Shown here one piece after another: positions 36,390 to 45,613 of a DNA stretch of 64,000 nucleotides. Position 1 is the stretch's first letter. Each line of letters starts with the position of its first letter. Location of the stretch: positions 18,876 through 82,875 of the forward strand of contig WBUG01000005.1 in NCBI GenBank assembly GCA_008933835.1. The letters run 5' to 3'. Below the pieces are notes generated by a model. That model searched no databases. It was not told the DNA's origin and saw only the letters and a program-made list of their open reading frames with translations. The stretch comes from Bacteroidota bacterium (lineage in GTDB: Bacteria; Bacteroidota; Ignavibacteria; UBA10030; UBA8401). The translations under genes and the position numbers were made by a program.

Positions 36390-37868
36390 TCAATAGAACA
36401 TCACCACGCCGATGAGCAGCCCGCAGAAGGCGAGCGCCCAGATGTACGGCAGGGTCCGCCACATGATGGACTGCACGTCCAGTTTCAGTTCGTTGGCGAT
36501 CCAGACGTTCTGCGTGTTGGTCGGATCGCAGACGCTCTGCAGCTGTCCCACCGACAACAGCATCGCCATGATGGCGGGGGGCGCGATGACACCGGTGGCG
36601 AGCATCACCGCCGCGATGCCGTAGCCGAGCCCCCAGACGTTCAGCGGACCGCGGTACAGCGCGAGGGGCGCCGCGAGCGTGAAGCCGAACAGGTAGCCCG
36701 TCCAGGTGGTCGGGACGACCTCGGCGATGAGGGGACGAAGGTATCCGATGACCGGCCACTCGCTCCCCGTCTGCTGCGCGTATCCGGAGGGACCGATGAT
36801 GGCATTCAGCAGCATGCCGATGCCGAACATGAGCACCACCGCCGGCATGACGCTGGAACTCCCTTCGAGCACCGCCTGCGTGAGGATGTTGAGACTTCCC
36901 TTCCGGAGCGTCACGACATAACCGTAGAGCAGCGCGACGAAGAACGCGGTGATGAAATGGACCTGATAGAACAGGATGAGCACCAGCGGAAGGACCGGGA
37001 TGAGGTACGAGTACCACCGGACCGCCGGCACCTCGGCCGTACCGGTGCGTTTCCGCATCAGGTCCGACACGATGCCGATGAGCGCTGCGACACCCACCGC
37101 CGCCAGCACGAGCTCGAAGACGAGCGTTCCCCACCGAACGGCGCCGTCCCAGACGACGGAAAGGGATCCCTGCGGCGCCAGGGATGCGGCGGCGGCGAGG
37201 AGCGCCGCCGATGCCGCGACGATGCCCGCACGGCGGATGTACGGTGTGAGCGAACGTATCTGTCTCGCACGTCGAAGCTCCACGGTCATGAACACCACGG
37301 CGAAGAGCACCATCACCGCCGCGAGCATCAGCGCGTAGTTGCGGACGGTGACGACCTCCAGTCCCATCACGCCGATGTACAGCGCCCAGTTGCCGGCGTT
37401 GAGCGTGCCGCCGGCGGCGATACCGATGAGGAAGAGTCCGCCGGCGATCATCGGCGTCATGCCGACGGAGGCCATGATGGGAAGGACGATGGTGGCGACC
37501 ATGATGATGGCACCGAGGCCTCCGAGCGTGGTGAACAGGAGCACCACGAGCAGCAGCATGATGATCCCCACCGACCATGGATCGTCCCCGGAGAGCTCCG
37601 CCCCCTTCTTGATGAGGCTCTCCGCGACGCCGGTCTTCTGCAGGAAGAAACTGAGCATGCCGCCGAACATGGAGATGGTGAACGCCTCCGCGAGCCGCAC
37701 GGAGCCTTTGCCGATGACCTCCGTGAGGACGGCCGAAACCGGGATCCCGCCCACCAGCGCGATGGCGACCGCCATCAGCGGAAGGGCGATGAGCACCGGC
37801 ATCTTGCGGAGGAACATCAGCACCGCCATGCCGAGGAAGATGAACAGAAGCGCTATGCCGGTGAGCAT
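36390..37868 (-). CDS. ion-transporter-superfamily permease (GntP/CitMHS-like)
   Basis: 492 aa. About 12 or more TM spans with a two-fold repeat architecture. No ATPase or binding protein partner nearby. Confidence 0.65.
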   Translation of the reverse strand: MLTGIALLFIFLGMAVLMFLRKMPVLIALPLMAVAIALVGGIPVSAVLTEVIGKGSVRLAEAFTISMFGGMLSFFLQKTGVAESLIKKGAELSGDDPWSVGIIMLLLVVLLFTTLGGLGAIIMVATIVLPIMASVGMTPMIAGGLFLIGIAAGGTLNAGNWALYIGVMGLEVVTVRNYALMLAAVMVLFAVVFMTVELRRARQIRSLTPYIRRAGIVAASAALLAAAASLAPQGSLSVVWDGAVRWGTLVFELVLAAVGVAALIGIVSDLMRKRTGTAEVPAVRWYSYLIPVLPLVLILFYQVHFITAFFVALLYGYVVTLRKGSLNILTQAVLEGSSSVMPAVVLMFGIGMLLNAIIGPSGYAQQTGSEWPVIGYLRPLIAEVVPTTWTGYLFGFTLAAPLALYRGPLNVWGLGYGIAAVMLATGVIAPPAIMAMLLSVGQLQSVCDPTNTQNVWIANELKLDVQSIMWRTLPYIWALAFCGLLIGVVMFY

Positions 37869-37880
37869 GGTTCGGTCCGC

Positions 37881-40541
37881 TCAGTTCTTGAGGGTGAGTT
37901 TGTACGTGACCACCTGCTTCGGTCCCGCCTCGATCACGAACTGCGTTTCGGAGGAGAGCGGCACGGTCGCGGCGAACTCCTCGTTCAGCGTCACGCGGTC
38001 CGCCCGCTGCAGGGGACGGTACACGGTGGCCGTGGTGCGGACGGACGCATCGCCGATGTTATAGAACCGGACGACGTAGCCGGTACGGTCCTCCGTCCGC
38101 TTTAGCGCGCTCAGCACCAGCTCTTTCTCCCCCGACGTCACGACGCTCAGCACAGCCGGAAGCGTGCCGGACATACGGGGAACGTTCCGGCCGATCACCG
38201 GCGTGCGGAACTCGAGCGCGTCTCGGTAACTGCGCGCGTCGGCCCAGGAGCCCGCATGAGGGATGACGGCGCACTCCATGGTGTACGTGCCGAGGCACTG
38301 CGCTTCGGGGGTCGGCAGCTGCGGCCCTGCCTGCATATGACGGGTGATGTAATCGTTCCGCGACAATTGTCCCACGCACCGCAGCAGCGTCAGGGCGAGC
38401 ACGTCGCCGGAGGGGCCGGACACCACTTCGTATTCCGGCAGACCCTTGGTGGCGAGGGTGAGTCCGCGCTCCGCGTCGTGCATCGACACGAAATCGTTCA
38501 GATGCCGCGTCGCATAGTATTCGAACCGGTTCTTCATGGTCGGCCGTTTGGCGGACGGATGCGGGCGTTCGACGACGTCGAAGTGCCCGCCGGCGAAGGA
38601 ACGGTCCGTGCTCATCCCGGTCGGGACATGGACACGGAGCCGGTGGTCCCGGGCTCGGTTCGTGACCGTGGTCTCCACCTCCAGGCGGCGCGACGCGGCG
38701 CGCAGGGTGAGGCGCGAGACGATGGTGACGGTGGTCCGTTCGGCGCTCCGCTCCCGCCGTGACGGGGAGAGGGATGCGGGCACTTTCATCGTGTGCGTGA
38801 CGGTGATGACCGCGTGGAGCGGGGAACGTTCCGTGACCGTGATGACCGGTCTGGAACCTCGCGTGGTGAAGGTCCGGGACCGTTCGGCCCATGAATAGGT
38901 GTATTCATCCCCCGCGTCCTCGGTGTCTTCGAACAGCAGCAGGTCGCGGTACACCTGGCGGGTCCCCTTGTCGGTCACCGTGACGGTCCCGTTCGGATGC
39001 ATCGACACTTTCAGCAGGTCGTTCTCCATGCCGCGCACGCTCGCCTGCACCATGGAGGGGACCGGTTTCGCCTTCTTCGGTCGGACGTACAGCGTCGCGT
39101 ACCCGGCGGGCGGCACCGTGACCAGCGCGGTGACCGTCACCGCTTCGTACCGTCCCTCCTTCAGGATCTCCATCCGGTACAGCGGCCGGATTCCGGTGAC
39201 GGCGAACGGCACGGGCGACCCTGCCGCGTCGAACAGCGTGAACTCCTTCCGCATCGGATCGTCGGGAGCGAAGAGGAGTTCCAGTTCCACGCACTCCGTC
39301 CGGCTCCAGCCGAGCGGATTGAAGAGGAGGATCGGTTTCCCCTCCTGCGCGGCGGTGTCGATGTGACGGGCGAGCACCTGGAGTCCCTCGTCCCGCACGT
39401 ACTCGCCGGTCTGCCGCACCCGCTCGAACCGGTTCACGTTGTCGCGGTGGATCTCGTCGACGCCGCAGCCGCAGATGTCGTCGTGCGGATGGTTCTTCAG
39501 CAGTTCGCGCCATGCCTGCCAGACGAACGGCGTGAAGTCCAGCTTCGTCTCCGCCGCGGCGAGGGCGGCCACCGGTTCGGCGTACCGCTCCAGCAGCTGC
39601 TGACACGCCGCGTTCGCCGTCTTCAGGTACATCCGCGCGGAATAGACGCTGAGGAGGATGAGGTGATGCGCGTTGCCGGTCAGTTCGCCCGTGTACGTCC
39701 TGAACGACGGCGCGGAGGAGGACTGGAGCACCGCGTCCACGAACTCGGAGAAGGTGCCGTGGGAAAGACGCAGGTCCGGCATCGTACGGTTGACGTGCGC
39801 GATGAGCTCCGGCACCTCCGGCTGCGGCGGAAGATGGTCGATGCCGTTGTTGAAGAGCAGGTACGGCGTCCGGGCGAAGGCGCGGATGCTCTCGAAGGTC
39901 TTCGACACGTTCCCGACCGCCGTGGCGGGGTCCGGCCGTTCGTACCGGTAGTCGCCGAACTCGTACGGAAATCCCCAGCAGGCGAGGTTACCGTAGTTGT
40001 CGCGCTGGTAGACGGCAAGGACGGTGCTGCCGTCCGGCGCCCGCCACCAGAACTCGGAACCGAGCTCCTCCGCGTTCTCCCCCATGCCGCGCATGAAGAT
40101 GAACGACCGCAGGCCGAACCCGGCGAGGATCTGCGGAAGCTGCCGGATGTGTCCGAACGGATCGGGCACGTACCCTTCGCGCATGACGTGACCGAACTGG
40201 CGCGCCGAGCGCATGCCGAGCATCAGATTGCGCACGAGCGATTCGGGACTGACGAGGAAGAGGTCCGGCAGCACGTACCACGGACCGATGACGAGCCGGC
40301 GGGCGTTCACCAGCCGCTCGATGTCCTTGCGGCGTTCCGGCCGCACCTCGAGGTAGTCCTCCAGAACGACCGTCTGTCCGTCGAGGGTGAACGAGCGGTA
40401 GGAGGCGTCGCTGTCCAGGATGTCCAGCACCTGGTCCACCGTCTGCACCAGCCGGACGCGGAACTGTTCGAACGGCCAGTACCACGCGCGGTCCCAGTGC
40501 GTGTGCGAAACGACGATGCCCTTGTACTGCTGCGAGGCCAT
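37881..40541 (-). CDS. GH38 alpha-mannosidase / mannosylglycerate-hydrolase-like, cytoplasmic
   Basis: 886 aa with no signal peptide. N-terminus GIVVSHTHWDRAWYWPFEQFR...LDGQTVVLEDYLE...GPWYVLPD is typical of bacterial GH38 enzymes. Confidence 0.85.
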   Translation of the reverse strand: MASQQYKGIVVSHTHWDRAWYWPFEQFRVRLVQTVDQVLDILDSDASYRSFTLDGQTVVLEDYLEVRPERRKDIERLVNARRLVIGPWYVLPDLFLVSPESLVRNLMLGMRSARQFGHVMREGYVPDPFGHIRQLPQILAGFGLRSFIFMRGMGENAEELGSEFWWRAPDGSTVLAVYQRDNYGNLACWGFPYEFGDYRYERPDPATAVGNVSKTFESIRAFARTPYLLFNNGIDHLPPQPEVPELIAHVNRTMPDLRLSHGTFSEFVDAVLQSSSAPSFRTYTGELTGNAHHLILLSVYSARMYLKTANAACQQLLERYAEPVAALAAAETKLDFTPFVWQAWRELLKNHPHDDICGCGVDEIHRDNVNRFERVRQTGEYVRDEGLQVLARHIDTAAQEGKPILLFNPLGWSRTECVELELLFAPDDPMRKEFTLFDAAGSPVPFAVTGIRPLYRMEILKEGRYEAVTVTALVTVPPAGYATLYVRPKKAKPVPSMVQASVRGMENDLLKVSMHPNGTVTVTDKGTRQVYRDLLLFEDTEDAGDEYTYSWAERSRTFTTRGSRPVITVTERSPLHAVITVTHTMKVPASLSPSRRERSAERTTVTIVSRLTLRAASRRLEVETTVTNRARDHRLRVHVPTGMSTDRSFAGGHFDVVERPHPSAKRPTMKNRFEYYATRHLNDFVSMHDAERGLTLATKGLPEYEVVSGPSGDVLALTLLRCVGQLSRNDYITRHMQAGPQLPTPEAQCLGTYTMECAVIPHAGSWADARSYRDALEFRTPVIGRNVPRMSGTLPAVLSVVTSGEKELVLSALKRTEDRTGYVVRFYNIGDASVRTTATVYRPLQRADRVTLNEEFAATVPLSSETQFVIEAGPKQVVTYKLTLKN

Positions 40542-40543
40542 GG

Positions 40544-42247
40544 TCAGCGGAGCGATGCGTTCGTGAGCGCGGCGATTCCGTCGGCGGCGGAACCGTCGAT
40601 GTCCGCGTGGAGCAGACGGAGTTTCCGGTGCGCGAACGAACGGTAGTCACCGAGCGCCTGTGCCTGCTTGAGCACACCGAACGAGAACGGTTCGCCCGGA
40701 ATGCGGACGTCGTGCGGCTCCCGCGCGGTGATGATGAGGAAGATGCCGGAGGAGGGTCCCCCCTTGTGCAATTGTCCGGTGGAATGCAGGTACCGCGGTC
40801 CGAACCCGACGGTGACCGGCAGCCGGTACCGGCGGGTCAGTTCGCCGCGCAGGGTGTACAGCATCCGTTCGTTCTCCGCGCTCTGGTCGATGTACGCGAG
40901 CAGGGCGATGTAGTCCTCCCCCGCCTTCCCGGTGAGATGCGCATGCAGCAGCGGCGCGAGGCCTCCCGCCGGCAGCGTCGCGGCGTACTCCGCCTCGGCG
41001 GTGATGCGCACGTTCCCCTCCGAGCAGACGACCCGGTTCGCCGGCAGCGCTCCGGACTTCCGGAACTCGTCGATGACCTGCACGGTGTTGTCCTTGCTCT
41101 CCTTCACGTTCGGTTCGTCGAACGGATTGATGTGCAGCGCGACCGCACAGACCGCCGTGCCGAACTCCCAGAGGAAGAATTGCGAACCGAGATCGTACGG
41201 GTCCTTCAGCATGATGACGGCGTGGGGCACGGAGGCCGCCGCCAGTTCCTTCCGCAGCGGATCGGCCTTCGCGGCGTCTCGCTCCAACAGCAGGAAGACG
41301 AAGAAACGGTCTTCGCCGTGCACGGACGCATCGTACCGCTCCGGCCATGCCTCCCCTTCCACCGGCAGCACCCCCTTCCCCTCCTTGCCGGTGCTTTCGG
41401 CGACGAGCTGCTCGACCCAATAGGCGAACGTCGAGACCTCCGGCGACGCGATGAGGGTCATTTTGTCCATCCCCTCGTTGTGCGCCTCGCCCATCAGCAG
41501 ACCGAGCTGGGCGGCGGGATTCTGCACGGCGTCGAACTTCGACTGCCGCCGCATCTCTTCCGCGGACGCGAGCAGCGCGCGGATGTCCATCCCGATGAGC
41601 GCCATCGGCACCAGACCGAAGTACGAGAGTGCGGAGTACCGTCCGCCGATGTCGGTCGGATTCACGAAGATCTTCCGGAACTTCTTCTCCTTCGCGATGG
41701 ACTCCATCTTCGTCTCCGCATCGGTGACGGCGACGAAGTGCATGCCGGGCTCCTTCGAGACGGACGAGACCCGGTCAAAGAAGTACTGGTAGAACATGTT
41801 CGTTTCGGTCGTGCCGCCGGACTTGCTCGCGACGATGAAGAGGGTCTTGGATAGGTCCAGCGCGTTCTCGATGCGGAGCACGGAGGTCGGATTGGTGGAG
41901 TCGAGCACCGAAAGCGACGGGAAACCGGGGGCGGAACCGAACGTGGCGCGGCAGACGTCGGGACAGAGACTGCTCCCTCCCATTCCCAGCACCACCACAT
42001 GCCGGAATCCCGCAGCACGCACCTCTTCCCCGAACTGCGTGAGCATGCCGATGTTCTGCTGCATCAGGTCGAGACTGTCGAGCCAGCCGAGCCGGTTCAG
42101 GATTGATTTCCGGTGCACCTCTTCGGTGCGCCAGATGGTGTGGTCCTTCTTCCAGAGCCGCTCCACGACCGCATCGGCAGTGAACCGGGTGAACTGCTGT
42201 GACAGATTTTCGTGAATGGTACCGGGGTGTATCGTGAGCGTTGACAT
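40544..42247 (-). CDS. pgi: glucose-6-phosphate isomerase
   Basis: Start trimmed to ATG 42247 (MSTLTIHPG). Contains VVVLGMGGSSL, LFIVASKSGGTTET and DIGGRYSALS. Confidence 0.85.
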   Translation of the reverse strand: MSTLTIHPGTIHENLSQQFTRFTADAVVERLWKKDHTIWRTEEVHRKSILNRLGWLDSLDLMQQNIGMLTQFGEEVRAAGFRHVVVLGMGGSSLCPDVCRATFGSAPGFPSLSVLDSTNPTSVLRIENALDLSKTLFIVASKSGGTTETNMFYQYFFDRVSSVSKEPGMHFVAVTDAETKMESIAKEKKFRKIFVNPTDIGGRYSALSYFGLVPMALIGMDIRALLASAEEMRRQSKFDAVQNPAAQLGLLMGEAHNEGMDKMTLIASPEVSTFAYWVEQLVAESTGKEGKGVLPVEGEAWPERYDASVHGEDRFFVFLLLERDAAKADPLRKELAAASVPHAVIMLKDPYDLGSQFFLWEFGTAVCAVALHINPFDEPNVKESKDNTVQVIDEFRKSGALPANRVVCSEGNVRITAEAEYAATLPAGGLAPLLHAHLTGKAGEDYIALLAYIDQSAENERMLYTLRGELTRRYRLPVTVGFGPRYLHSTGQLHKGGPSSGIFLIITAREPHDVRIPGEPFSFGVLKQAQALGDYRSFAHRKLRLLHADIDGSAADGIAALTNASLR

Positions 42248-42294
42248 ATTTTCCTGTAAAAAAGGTGATTTCCAGTTGAAGATAGCCACAATAT

Positions 42295-42326
42295 AACAAA
42301 AAAAGGCGATGATTCTTCATCGCCTT
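42295..42326 (-). terminator. intrinsic terminator after the btuB operon
   Basis: Minus strand reads AAGGCGATGA-AGAA-TCATCGCCTT followed by TTTTTGTT. Confidence 0.7.
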
Positions 42327-42350
42327 GAGGGAGTGACACCGCAGCCGTAT

Positions 42351-43406
42351 CTATTTAAGTACGATGCGTCCGGGCACAATGCCGACCGTTACTGAATCGA
42401 GCAGGGTCCGCTGGGCGGAATAGACGAACAGCGTTCCGTTGCGCACATAGTCTGCCGCATCGGTCAGATACACCCGATCCTGAACGTCGTCCACCGCCAC
42501 GCCGTAGATGTTCGCCCGCTCGATGGACGTTGAACGGAGCGCGTTGGTCTTGGTGTCGAAGGAGAGGACGGCGGCACCGGTGGCGACGTAGCCTGTCCCT
42601 TTCTTCGATACGGCCATGCGTCCAGGATGTCCATGCTGCACCAACGGCAACGGGATGACGGCCTGCAGTGATCTCGTCCCGGTGTGCACGACCGCGATGG
42701 AACCGGCTTTGCTGTTCGCCGGATTCCCCCAGTCCTGGTACCCGTAGCAGCGTACGAACAGGTCCCCGTCACCGTCCACCGCCGCGTCGTTCGGGCCGAG
42801 CCCCACCGTGACGGTCTTCACCACGCTGTCCGCCGCGACATCGATGACCGAGAGGGTGCTGTCCGCGCTGAAGTCGCCGCTATTGCAGACGTACACGAAC
42901 CCGTTGTGGAGCGCGATCCCTTTCGGATTCTTCCCGACCGGGATCTCCGTCAGCACCTGGAACGTGGCGGGGTCGAAGACCGATACGGAGCCTTTGTAGT
43001 AGTTCGTCACGTATCCCTTGTGTGCGTTGAGGATGACCGCCTGGTACGGACTGTTCCCCGGAAGCTGAACGGTCCCGAGCGAGAGATGGGTCGTCATGGA
43101 GATCACCTCGATGCGGTGCGAATTGTTCATGACGATGTACCCCTTCCCGTCATGGATCACCATGTCGTTCGCCACGTCCCCCAGACCGCGCCCGTTGGCC
43201 GCGAAGAAGACGTCGCCGTAGCTCTTTCCGGAGTCCGGTACGTACAGCGAGAGGGACGATGTGGATTTCCCGAATCCCCCTTCGTTCACGATGTACACCC
43301 CGCTCACCGTGGGGGGAATGTCCGGGTCCGGCGTGACGGGATCCTTGGTGTCGCACGATGACAGCAGGAATGTGAAGAAGGCGGCGGCAGGGATGAGATG
43401 TTTCAT
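42351..43406 (-). CDS. surface-type lipoprotein with beta-propeller repeats (BtuG-like position; YncE/DUF5074-like sequence)
   Basis: 351 aa. Lipobox FLLSSC followed by acidic DTKDP. YIVNEGGFGKSTSSLSLY start and repeated V..V.VG..P blades. Lies 18 nt downstream of btuB. Confidence 0.75.
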   Translation of the reverse strand: MKHLIPAAAFFTFLLSSCDTKDPVTPDPDIPPTVSGVYIVNEGGFGKSTSSLSLYVPDSGKSYGDVFFAANGRGLGDVANDMVIHDGKGYIVMNNSHRIEVISMTTHLSLGTVQLPGNSPYQAVILNAHKGYVTNYYKGSVSVFDPATFQVLTEIPVGKNPKGIALHNGFVYVCNSGDFSADSTLSVIDVAADSVVKTVTVGLGPNDAAVDGDGDLFVRCYGYQDWGNPANSKAGSIAVVHTGTRSLQAVIPLPLVQHGHPGRMAVSKKGTGYVATGAAVLSFDTKTNALRSTSIERANIYGVAVDDVQDRVYLTDAADYVRNGTLFVYSAQRTLLDSVTVGIVPGRIVLK

Positions 43407-43424
43407 AGTATGCCTCAGTATGGT

Positions 43425-45356
43425 TCAGTGGATGAAACGGACGGAGCAACGATACTGCCGCAGCGGCATCGGGTATCCGGTGATGATCGTGTACTCCGTA
43501 CCGAACAGGTTCGTGATCCCTCCGCTCAGGACGATGCTTCCGGCGGACATCGAGTACGTGTACGTGAGATGCAGGTCGGTGACGGAGTGGGACGACAGGA
43601 CGAACCGCGGATCGTTCTCGGCCGTCTCGAACCGGTAACCGGTGAACGTGTGAATGATGGAGAACGAGGCGCCGCCTCCGGTGAACGACGCCGTCACCGC
43701 GCTGTTCTCCTTCGGTGTGTACGGCAGCTGCTTCCCTTCCGACGGATCGTTCACCGAGCCCCCCTTCACCACCGTCGCGGAGGTGAATTGATGCGAATAC
43801 CGCACCATTACCGCACGTTCGAACAGTTCGGCGGAGAACCGCAGTTCCGTGCCGCTCGATGCGACTTCGGAGAGATTCTTCGGAGACCAAAGCGAGGAAG
43901 AGACCGGCTGCCAGACGATCTTATCCGTGGTCCGCACCGTGAACCATGTCGCTTCGGCGGTGTAGAGACCGTGCCACTCCGTCATGGCGGTCACTCCGGC
44001 GTCGGCGCTGAACGCCCGCTCCGGGCGGAGCGATGGATTCCCTCCCTGGATCCAGTACAGATCGTTGAAGGTCGGCACGCGGTAATTCCTCCCCGCGGTC
44101 CCCCGGACTCGCAGCATCGGCAACCACGGCACGGCTGCGTTGATGCCGAGACGCGGACTCACACCGCCCGCGATGTCCGAGTAGGAATCGTACCGGAGCG
44201 CGGGATAGAGCGTCAGGTCCACCTCCCGGAACGGGCGATGGCTCGATGCGGCGAAGATAGAGAATTGCCGCCGCCGGCTCGCGTGCACCTCGGAACTCGC
44301 GATGGAGGCGATGATGAGATCGAACCCCGCCGCGACGGAATGTCCTTCGGCGACGACGATGTCGGTCTGATGGACGAACTGCAGTTGGTCATTCTCGTAC
44401 CACGCATCCAGTCCGATGCGCGGATCGAGGTACGACTGCCGGTTGTTCCGGTACGCGAGTCCGGCGGAGAGGGCGAACGACTCACCCGCCGGGACGGTCC
44501 CCCGAAGCGATACGAACCGGTCCGCGTCGTGCAGTCGCGCACGGTTGTCCTGCACCGGACCGGACACCGTCGTCGGTTGGCCGCGGTCCGCATCCGAGGC
44601 GCGCAGGTGGAGACGGAACTCGCTCCCGCCCGTCTGTATCGCCGCCATGACCGAACCGGCGGTCGAGACGTAATCGGCGCCGCTTCGTTCGAGCGTCATC
44701 CGAACGGCGCCGTCGTCGTACACGAACGGGTACCGGTTGGAGGCCCGTTCGCGTTCCGCCGACACGCGGAGCGAACCGTCCGTTCCCCCCGCTGTCACCG
44801 ATGCGGACCAATGTTCCATTCCCGACGAACCGAATCCCGCACCCGTTTCGGCGCCGAACGCCCGGGCGGGTCTGCGGGTGATGATGTTGATGACGCCGCC
44901 GACCGCGTCAGCACCGTACACGGCCGAACCTCCCCCCGGCGCGGTCTCGACCCGGTCAATGTCGTTCACGGAAACGAGTCCGAGGTCGACCGTACCGATC
45001 TGGAACGACGTGTACCGGAATCCGTCCAGAAGCACCAAGGAATATTCCGGTGCCAGTCCGCGCAGCGATACCGATCGGAGCGCTCCCCCTCCGCCGTACG
45101 AACGGAGGAGCGTACCGGAGGCGAGCCCCGCCGCTTCGGCCGCTGTTCGAATCCCCGCGGCGGCGATGAATTGGCTGTCTGCCGTCTGCACCGGCGACGG
45201 AAGCCGGGTCACATCGACCGGCAAACGCTGACCGGTGACGACCTGTTCCGTCATCGGGAAGAGGCGTGCGGAATCCGGAGGGGTCTCCGGAGCGCAGACG
45301 AGGAGCGATATCATGAGTGCGATGGTGGTCATACAACGAAAAACCCCGGTCATCAT
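43425..45356 (-). CDS. btuB: TonB-dependent outer-membrane receptor, cobalamin-riboswitch controlled (BtuB-like)
   Basis: TonB-box/plug region EQVVTGQRLP...LRSVSLRGL...IDRVETAPGGGSAVYGADAVGGVINIITR, then a long beta-barrel. Start is ATG 45356 (MMTGVFRC, Arg in the n-region) or ATG 45332 (MTTIALM). The track start at 45494 lies inside the aptamer. Confidence 0.85.
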   Translation of the reverse strand: MMTGVFRCMTTIALMISLLVCAPETPPDSARLFPMTEQVVTGQRLPVDVTRLPSPVQTADSQFIAAAGIRTAAEAAGLASGTLLRSYGGGGALRSVSLRGLAPEYSLVLLDGFRYTSFQIGTVDLGLVSVNDIDRVETAPGGGSAVYGADAVGGVINIITRRPARAFGAETGAGFGSSGMEHWSASVTAGGTDGSLRVSAERERASNRYPFVYDDGAVRMTLERSGADYVSTAGSVMAAIQTGGSEFRLHLRASDADRGQPTTVSGPVQDNRARLHDADRFVSLRGTVPAGESFALSAGLAYRNNRQSYLDPRIGLDAWYENDQLQFVHQTDIVVAEGHSVAAGFDLIIASIASSEVHASRRRQFSIFAASSHRPFREVDLTLYPALRYDSYSDIAGGVSPRLGINAAVPWLPMLRVRGTAGRNYRVPTFNDLYWIQGGNPSLRPERAFSADAGVTAMTEWHGLYTAEATWFTVRTTDKIVWQPVSSSLWSPKNLSEVASSGTELRFSAELFERAVMVRYSHQFTSATVVKGGSVNDPSEGKQLPYTPKENSAVTASFTGGGASFSIIHTFTGYRFETAENDPRFVLSSHSVTDLHLTYTYSMSAGSIVLSGGITNLFGTEYTIITGYPMPLRQYRCSVRFIH

Positions 45357-45372
45357 GGAGCGACGACCGGGG
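45339..45372 (-). terminator. riboswitch 1 expression-platform hairpin plus U-tract
   Basis: Minus strand reads CCCCGGTC-GTCGCTCCATGAT-GACCGGGG followed by TTTTT. The loop and 3' arm contain the ATGATG at 45351-45356. Confidence 0.5.
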
Positions 45373-45440
45373 TACGGGAAGAGAGCGAAGAAGTGATTCC
45401 CGCCGCGATCGTTCCTCACTCCACGAAGGAACGGTGCAAC

Positions 45441-45568
45441 CGAATCCGGCAGGTCTCCTGGCTTGCCGCGGCGCATGGTACGGCGCGGCTTCACAGTTGC
45501 GGGTCAGCTCCCGATTCTCACGGGATTCCCATTTTCATCCTGGACTTCCGTCCGGGACACCGGATTCG
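45441..45568 (-). promoter_or_regulatory. cobalamin riboswitch aptamer 1 (upstream of btuB)
   Basis: Minus strand shows a 9-bp P1, CGAATCCGG...CCGGATTCG. Conserved core AATGGGAATCCCGTGAGAATCGGGAGCTGACCCGCAACTGTGAA. B12 box AAGCCAGGAGACCTGCC (plus-strand 45448-45464). Confidence 0.85.
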
Positions 45569-45584
45569 TTATCGAAAAGAACGG

Positions 45585-45605
45585 AACGCGGCTCGGCGCC
45601 GCGTT
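45585..45605 (-). terminator. hairpin after the 172-aa membrane protein gene
   Basis: Minus strand reads AACGCGGC-GCCGA-GCCGCGTT followed by CCGTTCTTTTCG. It lies between the gene stop (45614) and aptamer 1. Confidence 0.45.
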
Positions 45606-45613
45606 GACACGGT

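Noticed and set aside
43425-45494. 689-aa version of the TonB-dependent receptor starting at 45494.
   Set aside because: The first ~45 codons run through the B12 box and P1 of cobalamin aptamer 1 and its expression platform. They give no signal peptide until the ATGs at 45356 and 45332.
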